Positions 1 to 14,049 of a stretch of DNA of 64,000 bases are shown piece after piece; the stretch's first letter is position 1; the number at the start of each line of letters is the position of its first letter. This stretch comes from Camelus ferus. Lineage: Eukaryota. Under the pieces are notes generated by a model. The model worked only from the letters and a program-made list of their open reading frames with translations, searched no databases and was not told where the DNA came from. A program made the position numbers and the translations under genes. The stretch is taken from positions 113,338,001 through 113,402,000 of the forward strand of contig NC_045697.1 of assembly GCF_009834535.1 (NCBI RefSeq), given 5' to 3'.

Positions 1-353
1 AAGTAGCCTAGACTAGTCCTCATTTAATAACTACGGAGCAGCCCCAGGGGTCCAGAGAGGTTAAGTCAGTAAGGTCGCTCAGCGAGGTGACAAGGAGTTA
101 AACCTGGTTCTGATCCTCAGCCCAGCACGCTCTGCTGAATTGGTGTTTTCCAATCTTTTGTTCCTTGACACTCTTAGAAGATGATACCTGTGTGCGCGTT
201 GGGGTGTCTGGTAATGGAGCAGAAGCCAGTGAACTCTGGTTGCACCCAGGCCTCACTTCCTTCCCACGGGCTGGGAGACCGCAGGGCTCCTGGGGCACAA
301 GTTTTGAGGGTCTTGCTTTGCTATGCCATGACTTTACCACATGTTGTGCTTAC

Positions 354-435
354 GGTTCTTGAAATGGTATTGCAGCTTCTCTTTAGGAGTTACTTTCATA
401 AATTACGGCACAGTCTTCTTCTGGTTGATGGAATA
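354..435 (-). other. candidate spliced exon (5'UTR/start exon or lncRNA exon)
   Basis: Minus strand: pyrimidine-rich acceptor (ttttcttagtgctttttgctacaatctcgttaactcttaaag) and GTAAGC donor at 353-348. Stops occur in all three frames, but an ATG at 399 reads MKVTPKEKLQYHFKN into the donor. Confidence 0.3.
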
Positions 436-744
436 CTTTAAGAGTTAACGAGATTGTAGCAAAAAGCACTAAGAAAACCCCAAAACTCCTCTGTGGAATG
501 GGCAGAGTGAGGTGTTGGCATCCAGTGATGGTAAATCATTAAGCTGTTGTAATCGCCACAGCATTTAGAAAATGTTTGGGCCTCTGTGCAAAAGGAGACA
601 GTAGACACTTGACAGGAGCTATTTAATATCTGAAGCAGCCTCGAGCTGAATGATACTGTTTAGTTTCTGCTTTCAGTTAAGCAGCTACCTTCAACACTTA
701 GGTCCAATTGGCTTCCTCTCTAGACTTCATTCAGGGCTTTTGAA

Positions 745-880
745 ACCTCAAACATCACTTAAGCTTTGGATAGTCTGTTAAACATGCGCATTCTTGGATT
801 TCATCCCCAGATTCAAATTCAGTAGATCTAAGAGGAGACCTACAAAACCACTGCTAACAAGTGCCCCCAGGTGATGAATT
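745..880. mobile_element. MER5-like hAT-Charlie fragment
   Basis: Resembles MER5 motifs (ccccagattc..attcagtagatct..; aacaagtgcccccaggtgat). Confidence 0.6.
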
Positions 881-2582
881 TCAGGATTTATTCTGTCTAG
901 TATGTGTAGATTTCAGGGTAAATATACTGCTCCAGCTTCTTGGCCCTTCACTCTGGGACTGGAGGGGGTTCTGTGTGGGGCAGTGGTGAGGATCGGAGGC
1001 AGGGGCCGTGGGGGTTGTTAGGGAAGAAGAGAGAAAACAAAATAGCTGCTTTAGTTGTACCGGGGGCATCTCAGAGCTGTTTTTCAGCTGTGTGCATCTT
1101 TGGAGCTGAAGAGGAGGAACCAAGTTGTCTCTTTTATTTGGAAGAGAGAAATACTAACATTCTCATCATCCTCACCTTAACCTCCAGTGCTGCTTTTCAA
1201 ATCGTGCGGCCCTAGGTCTTGAAACTATTAGCTGGTATAAAGTAAGTACTTAACGTGTTCTGCCCACGCGACTTCTCACCCCAAACAGAGAATTCTTTCT
1301 AAGTCTTTTCCTGTAATAACATAGACTGGCATTTCACACGATTGAGCGTAGATGGTGCTTTTGTCTGTTTACAGTTGTAAATATGGTAAAATGAAATTCA
1401 AATGGCAGCCTCAGCTAATAAATTTCTGTTATTAAGAAGAGTAACTGTCTTTCTCCTCTTCCTTTCTTTAACAGACAAGATAGTCAGGCCCCCGAGAATT
1501 GGACGACTTGTCCGTGTCATGTAGAAATATGTATGGAAGGAACTGGGTTGAGACTCTGGTGCAGACCTGGAAAAGAATTTGCTGTGTCAGAACTCAGCAA
1601 GACACGTTTCTCCAAAGCCGTGTAGGAAGTTACATGTGCAGGGGTCCCCGCTGCTTCAGGCCTGAGGACTGTGGAATGCTTCCTTTCTCATCCTCTCTCC
1701 CCGCTCCATTCTGACGTGTTCCTCCCTCCCCTACTCCTCTTGTGTTACTTTATGTTGTTTGCTTAGAGTTGGTGAAACTATATTAAAAAACTTCAGAACA
1801 TTTGATGAATAAGAAATGAGTAGACTCTGAGTTCCAATCTACTATAATTTTAAACTATTTAATAAAAAAGAAGTGGTATTTAAAATCCCCAGGTACCAAA
1901 AATCTTAGTGTTATTTTTTTAAGGACAGGGTTTCTTGAGATAATGATTTGGGCAGAGAGGCAATCTCAGACACAGTGTGTCATTTATATATATTCTATTT
2001 CAACAATAATTGGCATTCGCTTTCAATTTTGTGAATCTAAACATTTTAAGACAATATGATTAACTGGCTTAATGCTTTCTGCTAGTTCTTTCACAACATC
2101 CCATCCTTGAGTTCTTTTTGGTTGCATAAGAAGGCAGTTCTCCTCCCCTCCAGACGATGACACCAGTCAGGAAACATAGCAGAGGAAGAGAAGTAATTAC
2201 TGGTGTGTTTACCTCTCCCCCTTTCCCAGTCTTTGACTGAGGTACCCGAGGTAGGCTTGAGAAAATACTTAGGATGCTGTCTTCACACGTTCATCGAAAT
2301 AGTCGTGCACGTCTGTAATTATGTCCCAGGGAGAACAAGTATGTTTTTAAATGCTAGATCTTTTTAAGAAAAGAATTAAAAACTGGATTAAGGTAGAGTG
2401 AAGTAATTCGTATGTTCACATACAATATGTGTTCAAACAAGCCTTCATTCTGACATTGCACGTTTGATTTCAACAATAATAAGCTTTCAGGTCTAACTAT
2501 GAAAAAAGATGTTTTTAATAAATGCAAGCTGGAAAATAAAATGATTATGGGAAGTCAGTGTCAGGTAATGTTGGAGTTACAC

Positions 2583-2650
2583 TATGATTTAATACAGTCT
2601 ACGTTATTTATGATTTAATACATTCTACACTATATTTATGATTTAATACA
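2583..2650. repeat. short tandem repeat, three copies of tatgatttaataca (period 26-28 bp)
   Basis: The exact 14-mer starts at 2583, 2609 and 2637. Confidence 0.9.
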
Positions 2651-5279
2651 TTTGGGGTAAAAACAATAGCCATATGCATTTGTGTCCTTTTCTGCAGATA
2701 AATTGCCAATATTCCAAAAACCTTTCTCTACTTGTCATTCTGACCTAGTCAGATCCTAAATTTATGTAGCAATTATGTTCCCGAAAGCCAAGGAAGCAAT
2801 TACTATCCTGTGCCTGAAATTAAAGCCGAGAAGTATCTTCTTAATACCATCTCTCAGACCAGGGCACTTGTTCTGAGCTACTCGCAGCACTGAAATTACA
2901 TCTCATCTGTGGCTCTGCGCGCTCCGTGCTGAAACTGTCATCACGGGTGCATGAGACACGTACGGTTACTTTGTGTCCTGGAAATGAGGTACACATTTGT
3001 GTGTCTAATCATTAAATAATGAAACTAGCCAATGAAGAAAAATGTAAAAGTTTCCTTCTGCACAGTCAATACAAATTGTATAGTTTTATATGTACATGTT
3101 ACACATGTGTACTTATGTGTATACGTATGTATACATATACTTGAAGGCTAGTACAAAAGCCTGATTGTTATTCATATTTTAGTTTAGTACCTTTTATTTC
3201 TACTCGTAAAGTTGATGAGATGGGAATAAACATTACCTTGGCTTATTTCGTAGCTCATTGCATGACACCTGCCCCGAGAGAGAAAAGATTGACCGAATGT
3301 GGTAAAAAGCTTTTTATTTATGTTGAGGACAGAGGGGCTAATTATTATTTCTAACAAGAGATATGACCTGAATAGTAGTAAAATAAAAAATGCAAAGGAA
3401 TAAAATCTATCAGCATAGAACCCCTATTAAAATGTGATGCCTAGATGGTGGTGGTCTGTAGCGTTTGGATGGTAGAGACGAGCTTCTGATGTGTTCTCAG
3501 TATCCAGTGCAAGGTGCACGACCATGACCGCAGCTCTTCTGACCTTTCACATGGGCTCCCATGACACACGGGAGGGTTGCCGGGAAAACATTTGCTCTCC
3601 CCCCAGCCCACTGCTGTCTCGAATGTCTGCCCAAGTACAGATCGCAGGACTTGGGAGCGCTGTCAGCCTCAGGTAGACAAGATGTCTTAGTGGCTGATTC
3701 ATTCAAAACAAATAATTAGTTTTCTTTAACATCAGCCTGGTTTTTGACCAACTACAATTCTGGTTATATTTATTGGCCACCATGTAAATTCAAATGAATT
3801 TTGTTTAGCATAAGTATGGGTGGAAAAATATTTAAGGGCAGAAGAAGAAAATGACTGTAGGCATTACCTTGATTAATACATTCAAATACTGTTAGTTTGG
3901 ACCATATGAAGTTGCATACAAAATGTATTAGATTGAACCATGTCAATTTCATATGGTTCAATATAATATCTGGACTTTAGAATACTTACTTAACATATTT
4001 TTCTTCGGTGACCATCTCCCTGTCCCATTACCCTCCAGGCCCCTTTAGGAAATACTGTCATAGGTGACAGCTGTAAGAAATTCTCGGTGGGACACATTTC
4101 TGAGATACCTGGTCTTGCTAAGAAGACAATTTATTAGAACTTCGTGGTGCCTGGAAGTAATTAAATATTTTGCATTAGGTAAAGAAACCACTGTTCTTTA
4201 CTGTAGACTATCATTCTTAACCTGGGCTTTTTTTGTTCCCCGGTATTCTAGAACCCACTAAAAACTTGTGAGATGTACAGTTTTCAAAAAGAGAGGGTCT
4301 CTGGGTTTCCTCTTGTTTTTAAAGTAATATCTGAGGAGAGAGAAAGAGGGGGCTGGAGAGAGTGTCTCTCAAGGTTTTCCCCTTTTGGAACAAGTATAAC
4401 ACAAATGTTTTTTGGATTTGATAATGCACAAATCCTTTAAAAAAATTGTTCTGGACCCCCTAAGAACATACTCACAGACCACACTGGGAGACAGAATCAG
4501 GAAACTAAAATTTCATTCTATAGAAATGCCCTTTTGATTTCTTACAGAAATTTTATACCTGCAAGAATCTAGCTGTGGATACATTCAATTTAAGGAAACT
4601 TCGGCCTAAATGTTTGATTTCAAATATTTTTATAGGCAAAACTTCCAAATAATTGTAGCCAGGAGGAGAGGAAATACTGAATGGTCTTAGGCATCTAGAA
4701 AATGTCTTCCCAGTGTTTCTGCCCAGTAGGGAATTTATTTGTACTTTAGACTATGAACAGGAAGTCACTCTTACAGTAATTGAAAGGGACACTGTCTTTA
4801 GCTTAACAAATTGAGTTGTCGGTCTCTGTTTTACAAAGCTCTTCCCAGGGCATACGGTGACAGTGAAATCTGAGTAAGTTCGCAAAGTCTAAGGACATTC
4901 GACAAATACTGAAAATGTACAGAAGAACGAAAGAACAGTAAACCATAGCATGTGGTGACTAAACGACTAGAGAAGACAGAGTTTTAATTGATCAGCTAGA
5001 TGCTAACAGAAATCATTACCTTGGAAATAAAGAATATGGACTTTGCAATAAGTTGTTCTACCGAGTTGACTGGGGAGTGGACAAAAAAGGGGTGAGCTTT
5101 TTTCAGATTTCTTACAGGTGAAATTCTAATCCTACAACCTGGGTGGGGACCCAGAAAACTGTATTGTCTTGAAAGAAACAAAAACAAAGCCAACTCCCTT
5201 CACAAAGCAATCTCCAGTCAGCTGCAGGGTTAGGCTTTCCAGAAACCAGGCGTAGGTCTGATTGTGCAGTTGCCTGAAC

Positions 5280-5680
5280 TTGAAAAGGCAACGCCGTGGA
5301 TGAACCTCAAAAACATAATCTAGAGCAGAAATGCCAGACACAGAAAGGATGTATTGTTTGATTCCATTTATGAAAAAAGAAAAGTCAAAACCAGCTAAAG
5401 TAATCTTTCGTTTTCAGGGATACAAGCTTGGATGGCACCACTAATACAAATCAAAAAATAGCAAGAAGGGAATTACTGTAAATGTCAACAGAGTAAATGC
5501 CATAAACAGTGAGGAAGGGGTGAGGAAGGGAATAATAATTGGGAAAGACAGGAGGGGGGCCTTCTATGCTGCTGGCCGTGCCCTATTTCTTAACCTGGAT
5601 CAGTCGCTTTGTGATAATTTATTAGGCTGTACAATTATGTTCTATGCAATTCCATGTATATGTATTATTTTCAAAGTCAA
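5280..5680 (+). mobile_element. old L1 (L1ME-like) 3' end fragment
   Basis: Typical L1ME 3' UTR motifs (tggatgaacctcaaaaacataat..agaaatgccagacacagaaagg..tgattccatttt). Confidence 0.7.
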
Positions 5681-6064
5681 AAGGATTAAAATCAACGACC
5701 CTGGCATGGCTTCCTATCCCATCCAGAGGAAACAGACAAGGTCCTTAAGTGGCCCACAAGTCCCCCAGTGATCTGGCCCCGGATTCACTGATTTCTTTAT
5801 TCTTCTTCCCCGTTCTCATTCTGTTCCTGCAGCTGCACGTATACACCAGCACATGATGAGAAAATCAAACCACCACGCTGTCTGGTATCACTTGAAATTC
5901 CTCACTGATAACCCTAAAATGCACCCTTAAAGCTGCGTGGAAATGCACATTTCCCAAGTCCATTCACTAGTCCTCGCCTCCCCTCTATCTCCACCCCTCC
6001 ACTTTCCCCACCCCCGATGTCAGTGTCCTTCCACACTTCTGAGTATAAATTTGCTTGCCTCTCT

Positions 6065-6486
6065 GTACTGAGAAAATGGAAAGGATTCTACTTGGTGGAC
6101 ATAGAGATGTATCACCCACATCCCCCTTCAAGAAAAAAGCCATTACCCCAGCCACTGGGAGAGCCGTCCGCGGGTGTCCTCCCCAGTCACTTCCTTCAGG
6201 GACCCCTCGCCCAGCGAGAGCCCAAGCGTACACCCTTCCAGAGGATCCCAAACCCAGGATCTGTCTAGGGACAAGTGGGTCGCAACGTCACAAAGACACC
6301 AAGCAGCAGATTCAAAGCTGTCTTTGGAGGTGGTTAAGGCTCTGCCAGGAACACATTGTAGTTTGAATTTTTCTTCCAAACAATTCTGTTTCCTCCCTCC
6401 CCCTTCCATAGGTGTTGATCCCTAGAAAATATTCAGCATTCCAAACCCCAGCTTAACTTTTCCTCCAAAGAACTCAATCTGTGACA
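6065..6486 (+). mobile_element. LTR16-like ERVL solo LTR
   Basis: 3' end cttccataggtgttgatccc..gaactcaatctgtgaca resembles the LTR16 family terminus. Confidence 0.65.
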
Positions 6487-6523
6487 CCTCGCAGAGCACC
6501 CAGCCCCCATCACCAGGTCCTTC

Positions 6524-7009
6524 TGGAACAGGGAAGACGAATCTGACTCCATATTGGATCTGCTTCTTTTACTTTGACCTTTGTATCTGTTGCTTTTGCT
6601 ACAAGTTAATCACTAAAGTGATGTTGTCTGTAAACTTAAATTATACATAATGGCTCATCTCTGGGAACCCTGCCTCCCAGGTAATGAGCATTAAGCTAAA
6701 ATGCTTTTGTTTAGCTCACAGGAAACACCCTGACCAGGCTCACCTGTGGATAACTGCAGGAAGGAAGAAATTAACACCTCCCCTCTGGAGGCTGATAGGA
6801 GCCAAGAAATGTTTGACTTTACTCCCTCCCCTCTGAGTATAAGAAGCATGGATTCTAACTCAGGCAAGATGGTTCTTTGGGACACTAGTCCCCCATCTTC
6901 TCCGTCTGCTGGCTTTCTAAATTAAGTTGCTATTTCTTGCCCCAACAACTTCTCTCTCAACTTATTGGCCTGTTATGTGGTGAGCAGTACAAGCCTGGAT
7001 GTGGTAACA
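6524..7009 (+). mobile_element. ERV1-type solo LTR, family A
   Basis: TG..CA termini, near-TSD cttc/catc, and shared sequence with five other copies in the window (aagatggttctttgggacactagtcc..tctgctggctttc). Confidence 0.9.
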
Positions 7010-7129
7010 CATCTCTGAGTCTTCTTCTGTTCCAGTGTCCTATGACTGTCTTCCTGAGGCAGTGATTTTATTTAAAGCCGTCACTTCATTGACATACCAT
7101 TTTTGCTGACTCAAAGACATCACTTACAC

Positions 7130-7950
7130 AATTCTCCCCTCCTACCTCACCAATTTTTCCTTACTGAAAAAATTGCTATTATTTGTCCTATCCCATAATT
7201 AAAAAAAAAATCATTCTTTTGACCCACTTTTCCAGTTACTACCCTTTTTCTCTCTCTCTCTTTTTTTTTTTTTTTTGGTGGAAAAAAAAAAAAGCTGTCT
7301 TTAAAAATATCTATAATCCCAGCCCCTAAATTCCTCCTCCCCCATCTTCTCTTTAGTTCATTCTGATCAGAATTTGGCCCCCACTGCTGGGTGAGAACCG
7401 CTCTTGTCGAAGGCATTCTGTGCCTTATACAATGAGAACTATGCTTGGTCTGGTCTCAGCCTTCATCATACTTCACTTCTTTTCACAGCTGATAATTTTA
7501 TACTCTTTGAAACTTTTCCCACTCGGCTTCTAGGATGTCAAGCTCTCTTGTTTATTCTACCTCATTGGTCATGTTTTCTCAGACCGGCCACCTATGCACA
7601 ATTCCAAGCGATGCCATTTATATAGACAAAAATACACCAGTGTCCTCAGAGTTGTGCCATGAGTGGTCTGCTGTCAGTCTCCTTTCCTGGTTTGCTCCTT
7701 GCTGACTCTTACGGAGCAGAGCCTGGGGCTCTGGGCTTGGTGTGTTCCCATTTTCCAGGTACACTCATCTCTACCCCTGACGCGGAACTCCACAGACCAC
7801 CTGATGTTTTCACTTAGATGACTGATCAGTACCTGAACGTGTCCACCACTGAGTTCTGAGCTTTCGCTCCACACTTGCTCCCCCGGAAGTGTCTGCTCTC
7901 AGTGATGACAACTCCATCCTTCCAGCTGCTCAAGCCTCAGAGACCTGATT
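7130..7950 (+). mobile_element. L2 fragments
   Basis: Degenerate L2 motifs (ccccactgctgggtgagaaccgctcttgtc; tgacaactccatccttccagctgctcaagcc). Confidence 0.6.
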
Positions 7951-10119
7951 CAAAACAAAACAAACAGGAAATCAACAAGGACTGCATATCACTTGCATTT
8001 TATGCTCAGGCATGGGGAGGGGATAGTGATGGTTAAAGCAGAGAAGTAAACTAGTTTCCAGTTTCCTAGGAGTAGGTCCCTGGATTTAAATACTTCAGCT
8101 GGGTTGATGACTTGACAAGACCGATGTACACTGGTAACCATTCCTCCCTCTCTTGACTAGGATAGTCATCTATTTGTTTAATGTCAAATCAATCTTGTAG
8201 CTTTATACTTGGAAAAATATATAGTCAACCCCATCGCTGAAAAAGAAACAACAAAGGGTAGGGTAGGTGTGCAACAGCCAGAGTCACATCCAGAAATCTA
8301 CAAAAAATGGAGATTTTTACTAAGTCCATTTAGATAAGGAGTTTTTTCTGGGCTTGAACTAATTCTGTGGTTGCATAGTTCTAACTATTCTAGTTATTGT
8401 AAAAGAGAGAGACAGACAAATGCAGGCGGTTTTTATCTAGACCTTCAATTTATTTTCTAGACACAAATAAATCCCTAGAGATTGTGGTTTCTGATCCCTG
8501 GGACCACAAATAGAGATATTTATGTCCTAAAGTGGCTAGAGCTCATCAACTGTGGGTTCAAAAAAAAAAAAAAATCCATACCAGAGTTTAACTTGATGGA
8601 AACAAAAAGAGGAAACCCAAAGCAAAACTAAAATTCAGCTTAAAATCTGTAGAAATGCCTTGAAACACACCCGCATCACTTTTGCTTGACCTTAGATTTC
8701 CAGGGCAGAGAGACAATAGTCAAAACCCACATACCATGCAGGTTACTTTCAAAGTGAAGAAGGTGGGGGCCCTCCTGCTCACAGAGGCTGTCAATGACCT
8801 CTGAGCAGATGAGGGTGCCAGTGGTCCCAAGAAACCCCTTTCTCGATAAATTGATGTCAGTTTTCTGCTCCCCGTGGAGAAGCTCTCTTCCTTCCGACAG
8901 TGGACCCACCTCGCTGTTGCCACACACAGCAAGCGGTGGCATGTTTTTCTTGTCTCTGTGAGGTCATGGTCCCTCGGTTACACCTGTGTTCTTTCTAGAG
9001 TTCCCTAAATGTTGCTTCCTTACTCACTCACTCAAAAGAAAATACACAAATATTAGCCTCGCAGTAAGAGGATTTTTTTTTTCTTCTTAGACACATTGAA
9101 ATGTTTTGGACATTAGAAAATAAAGAAATTTTAATGAGTTCAGAGTGAATACTTCCAACTTCTTTTTCTCCTTCCTCGAAATGAATAAGTAACAATTTAG
9201 CTTTGACTAAATGAAAAAATGCAAACGTAAAGAGTAAAAATTTTAGCAATTATTATATTAAAGTACAGTTGACTTTCTCATTAGAATTCAGTGCTTGACA
9301 TTTGGATATTATTTCCTTTATAAGGAAATGATGGGGGATTTTATTAGCTGAGAATGGGGAGCTAAGACATATTCTCTAAGTGCTAACCTATTAAGTTAGG
9401 AAGTTTCAAAAGAGACATGGGTAAGTTATTGGTTAATGAGTTTGAATAAACAGCTATTGGGAAATGAAAAATGTGCTGGTTTCTAAGTGTCTTCATCTAT
9501 TCCCTCCCCTCCTTCCATCTCTTTGTCTCTTATTCTTTCACAGTCCTCCCCTTCCTGTAGGCAGTTACACTGAAAATGGAGTGGAATGACATCAGATCGC
9601 AAAGCTCAAGGTCCAGTGACTTCAGATACTGTGACTTCTCAGGAAGCCCCGAGGTTAATTCCTCACTGACCTACTGATGCACGTAAATGTGATGCATGCA
9701 GGAAGAAAGAAAGACTTTTTGAATCCTGAGCTATAATCATTGAAATACACAGACAGCGCACTGCCGCGGAGATAAAGGATCTTGACAATAGCACCTATTT
9801 TCCTCCTGATATTTCAGTTCCTGTTCATCAGGCATTATCAAATGGAGCAATGTCGTCCTCGAGGAGATAAAACTTAATCCTTGGAAAGTGAAGAAAGTCT
9901 TACTCTTTCTATGTATGAAGCAGATATGCATTAGATGTATATAATTACAATTAGACATACAGTATTCCTGAGGTCTTAAAATTTCATGCTGGGAAGTTTA
10001 GGAAAAATTGTCTAGAAAGGCTTCCTAGGGGGCAATAATGAAATAAAAGGTTGAGAAACACTATTGTACATCATGCGTTTTGTTTACTGAAGATTTTTAT
10101 GCTCTCTCTCCTGTTCTGG

Positions 10120-10500
10120 CTAATGGAGCCAATGGTAGAGAACAAAGGAAACCAATTTATGTTTTAAATAGTTGAGCCAATGCAGGACTTTCAGGCAAAA
10201 GCTTATTTTTAGAACATGCCTGGATCTGGGGCTGAAGTGAGGTCGCTTCTGTCTGAATTGAATTGAAGTCAGTTCATTCCTCCAAGATGGTCTAAACTTG
10301 AAAGGCAAAGAGAGACAACCTTGTCCTGGAGGGAAAATGACGCTGGAGAGCCCGGGGTAGCCGGGCTCACGGTGGGGAGCAGGCGGGGAGCCTGCTGTAC
10401 TGAGCAGGGATGCCTAGAGCACGCGGGGCAGAGGGCACCGCCATGGGGCCCGGTGGTCCCCACTATTAGCAAGACGGCCCAATGAGTATCAAGATTGGCC
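10120..10500. promoter_or_regulatory. GC/CpG-rich patch with clustered CCAAT boxes
   Basis: CCAAT at 10129, 10152, 10177, 10479 and ATTGG at 10494; CpG-rich 10340-10480. Confidence 0.45.
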
Positions 10501-10954
10501 ACTTTTCCTTAGAAGTAATGCTGAAGTGTACCTTTCTTTGAAAACATGGGAAAAGACTGCAGAATTCTAATAGCACTAAAAAAACAAAGTGAATTTTGTC
10601 TACTAATTTTGCCTAATTCACTATTGATGAACTAAGTATTCATCTAACGTGGGGTGTTTACAATATCCTTTTTTGTCTTATTCTCTAACTTTTTCAGGAG
10701 ACATTTTCCTTTAAGTTGCTTTTCCAAATTAATTCGTAATGAAGATCAATTATTTTATTCCATTTTGAAACTGAAATCATATTGGTTGATACTCCATTGA
10801 GATGAGGAACAATAGGCAGATGAAAGGAAAAAAAAAAAGAAATTAAACAAAGGAATGACAAGGAGGAAAAAAAATGAATATTTACTGTTGACGTTATTTC
10901 AGTTTTCGGTATTTCAGTTGGCCTTAGTTTTCATGACTGTAGAGGATGGAAGCC

Positions 10955-11150
10955 CCAGACTGCCCAGGAGAGCTTTCTGCTGCAATGGAAATGGTCTGTG
11001 TTGGAACTTTCTAGTATGGGGATGTTGAGCACTTGAAGTGGAACCAGTGGAAGTGAGGAATTACACTTAAATGTATTTCATTTTAATTAACTTACATCTA
11101 AATGTATACATTTGCATGGGGCTAGTGCCTACCATAGTGGTCAGTGTGAC
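10955..11150. mobile_element. MER3-like hAT-Charlie element
   Basis: Resembles MER3 (ctttctgctgcaatggaaatg..ttgagcacttgaagtgg..gctagtgcctaccatagtggtcagtg). Confidence 0.75.
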
Positions 11151-11756
11151 CCTGGAATAGGAGGATGTTTGATATGTTTACTTAACTTACACAAACGACT
11201 TAATTTGAAACACTACAAGAAGTGACTGAGTTTTTCTCGCTACAGAGATTTGAGCTCCCAGGCTACACCGTATCTTCTTTCAGAATAACTGTCAATAGTA
11301 AATGCCTGGTTCGCAGTTCAGATAGAGAGGCTTCCCACAGGCGGAGCTGCTGGGAAAGCATCAATTCACTGTGTAGTTCTTAAACAAAAAATTGAAATCC
11401 TTTAAATGATTAAGCTTAATAGTAAAAAAAAAAAATTACTATTGGTATTATATTGAAATGAAATAATCCAATTTAGAGCAAAATGGTGACAAATAAATAT
11501 TTCAAGTATAATTCGCCATCTTGTTCACTATAATTTTCCTTATTCTCTATTGTTACTTAAGCTTAATTCTGAATAGGAGCTGAGCCAAACTTGCATTCAG
11601 TGACAGAAACTAGCAGCCGATTACAGAGCACTGGAAAACATATATACACCTTTCTCACAACTGCTAAAAGATTAAAGATAAATACAAACCAGACACATCC
11701 ACGTACTTTATTTATAAAATGAAATATACCCTTGCTTGGTCAAAGACAAGTGTATT

Positions 11757-12912
11757 TTTAGTTTTTTTCCCAGCTTTATTAAAATATAATTGACATATAA
11801 CATCTTGTAAGTTTAAGGTGTACAACATGGTGATTTGATACATTTATATACTAGGAAAAGATGACCAGCACAGTATTAGTTAACACCTCCATCCCAATGT
11901 ATAATTATCCTTTCTTTTTTGTGGTGAGAACGATTAAGACCTACTCTCTTAGTACATTCAAGGACAGTAGTAGTTCCTTGGTATCCTTGGGGGGGTTTGT
12001 CCAGGACCCTCACGGATACAAAAATCCACAGATGCTCAAATTCGTATGTAACATGGTATTTGCGTATAACCTACATACCACCTCCCATATACTTTAATCA
12101 TCTCTAGGTTACTTTTAATACCTAATAGCAATGTAAATGTTATGCAAATGGCTGCTGGTGTGTGACAAATCCAAGTTTTGCTTTTTGGAACTTTCTGGGA
12201 TTTTATTTATTTAATTAATTATTTATTTATTTATTTATTTTCGTATTTTTGGTCTGAGGTTGGTTGAAGACTCAGATGTGGGACCCGTGGCTGTGGAGGG
12301 ACCAACTGTATACAATAGACTACTATTAGTTATAATCATAATGTTGTGCATAAGATCTCCAGAACCCATTAATCCTGCAAGTTTGTACCCGGTGACCAAT
12401 ATCTCCCTATTTCCCCCAACACACCAAACCCTGGTAACCACCACTCTGCTGTCTGTTTCTCTAAGTGTGACTTTTTTAGATTCCACATATAAGTGAGAAC
12501 ATACAGCATTTGTCTTTCTCTGTCTGATTTATTTCACTTAGCATAATGCCCACAAGTTCCAATCATACTGTCACAAAGAGCAGGCTTGCTTTCCTTTTCA
12601 TGGCTGAGTGGTATTCCACCACATCTTCTTTATCTAGTCCTCCTTTAATGGATACTACGGTTTCTTACATATCTTGTAAATAATGCTGCAATGAACATGA
12701 GAGTGCAGGATATCTCTCTGAGACCCTGATTTCAATTCTTTCAGATATATGCCCAGGAATGGGATTGCTGAATTATATGGTGGTTCTAGTTTTAGTTTTT
12801 TGAAAAACCTCCATGCTGTTTTCCATAGTGGCTGTACCAAATTACATTCCCATCCATAGTGAACAAGGGTTCCCTTTTCTCCACACCCTCATCAACACTT
12901 GTGATCTCTATA
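11757..12912 (-). mobile_element. L1 3' end (L1MA/MB-like) interrupted by a MER2-like element
   Basis: Antisense L1 3' UTR; minus ORF 12655-12840 ([31 protein letters not shown]) matches the L1 ORF2 C-terminus. Confidence 0.92.
11966..12308. mobile_element. MER2-like TcMar-Tigger element
   Basis: Terminal repeats tagtagttccttggtatcc..gagggaccaactg followed by TA; the L1 resumes on both sides. Confidence 0.85.
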
Positions 12913-13534
12913 AGCAAGTATATTTTATTTCACTTAACTCTAAGAGTCATTTTATATTTTATCAGCATAAAATTTTTCTAATAAACTGAAGATGCTGTCC
13001 AGCATGTTTATTGTCCTAAGAAATGACCATTTCCAACACAATTTTACAGCAATTATAAAAGACTATCTTTTGAAGTCTAGATACAGTATGAGAGAGAATA
13101 TTCATATTAATTGTTCAAATATTAAATAGCTCACAGTTTTTGTTAAGCATCGTCGCAATAGGTTCAAAAAAGCATGCATTTCAGCTTTTGATGATTTTCC
13201 CTTTGTCTTCCAATTTTCACTTCATAATATTTATCAAGTGTTTAAAATTATATGCAGGCATCAAGTTAAATGCCAATTTTTTAGATATCATCTCACTTAA
13301 GACTTATAACAATGCTATTCTATAAGAGCTATTATTATCTGAATTATTCCATGGAGTAAGCCTCTCCTCACAGTGATTAACTCATCAAGGTTCTCAGGGA
13401 CAGCAAACTGCAGAGCTGAGGTTTGCATTGAGCCCTGCCTTAGTCCAGAGCCCAGGGCCCCCATCAGCACCAACTGCCTCTTAAATTTTTTTTCCAACGC
13501 ACAACAGCACATGCCAGGAACAGTCATATGAAAG

Positions 13535-13775
13535 AGAATGAAGGATTCCTACACTAAGAAATTTCCAACAACCAGCCACACCTTCTCCCCTTTTTAGTAT
13601 AAAAGGAGCCTGAATTCTGACTTGGGGAAGATGGTTCTCCAGGACATTAGCCACCCCCCCATCTTCTCAGTCTGCTGGCTTTTCAAATAAAGTCATTATT
13701 CCTTGCCCCAACAAGTTGTATGTCGATTTATTGTCCTGTTATGCAGCCAGCAGAATAACTTAGAACTCGGTAACA
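13535..13775 (+). mobile_element. ERV1-type LTR family A, 3' part
   Basis: tataaaaggagcctgaattctgacttggggaagatgg..aataaag..ggtaaca; reverse complement of 15427-15660. Confidence 0.88.
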
Positions 13776-14049
13776 ATTCCGTTTGATCATGCACAAAGAT
13801 TTTCTGGAAAGAGACCCAAGCTTTTAATAATGGTTACCTCTGTAGAGAGGAATTCTTTCTGTAGAAAGGAATTCAGGGACTTAAAAAAAAAATAAACATC
13901 TTTGTATGTCTATGTTTTGTTATATTCAGTAAAACTAAGAATAAAAAGAAATCACAAATATGAAATACAGCAGAAACTGTCCAAAATTAACTATATTTTT
14001 ATGAACGTCTCTATAATAGCAACTAGTTTTTTTCACTAAGTAGGTACAT

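Noticed and set aside
2583..2650. CRISPR-like repeat-spacer array
   Set aside because: Mammalian DNA, only three 14-bp repeats, and the spacers are short and related to each other.
5853..5910. C/D snoRNA-like ATGATGA..CTGA
   Set aside because: Short, no terminal stem, and the sequence resembles an L2 fragment.
8676..9249. Overlapping minus-strand ORFs as a coding exon
   Set aside because: No recognisable homology and a weak donor; kept only as a possible non-coding exon.
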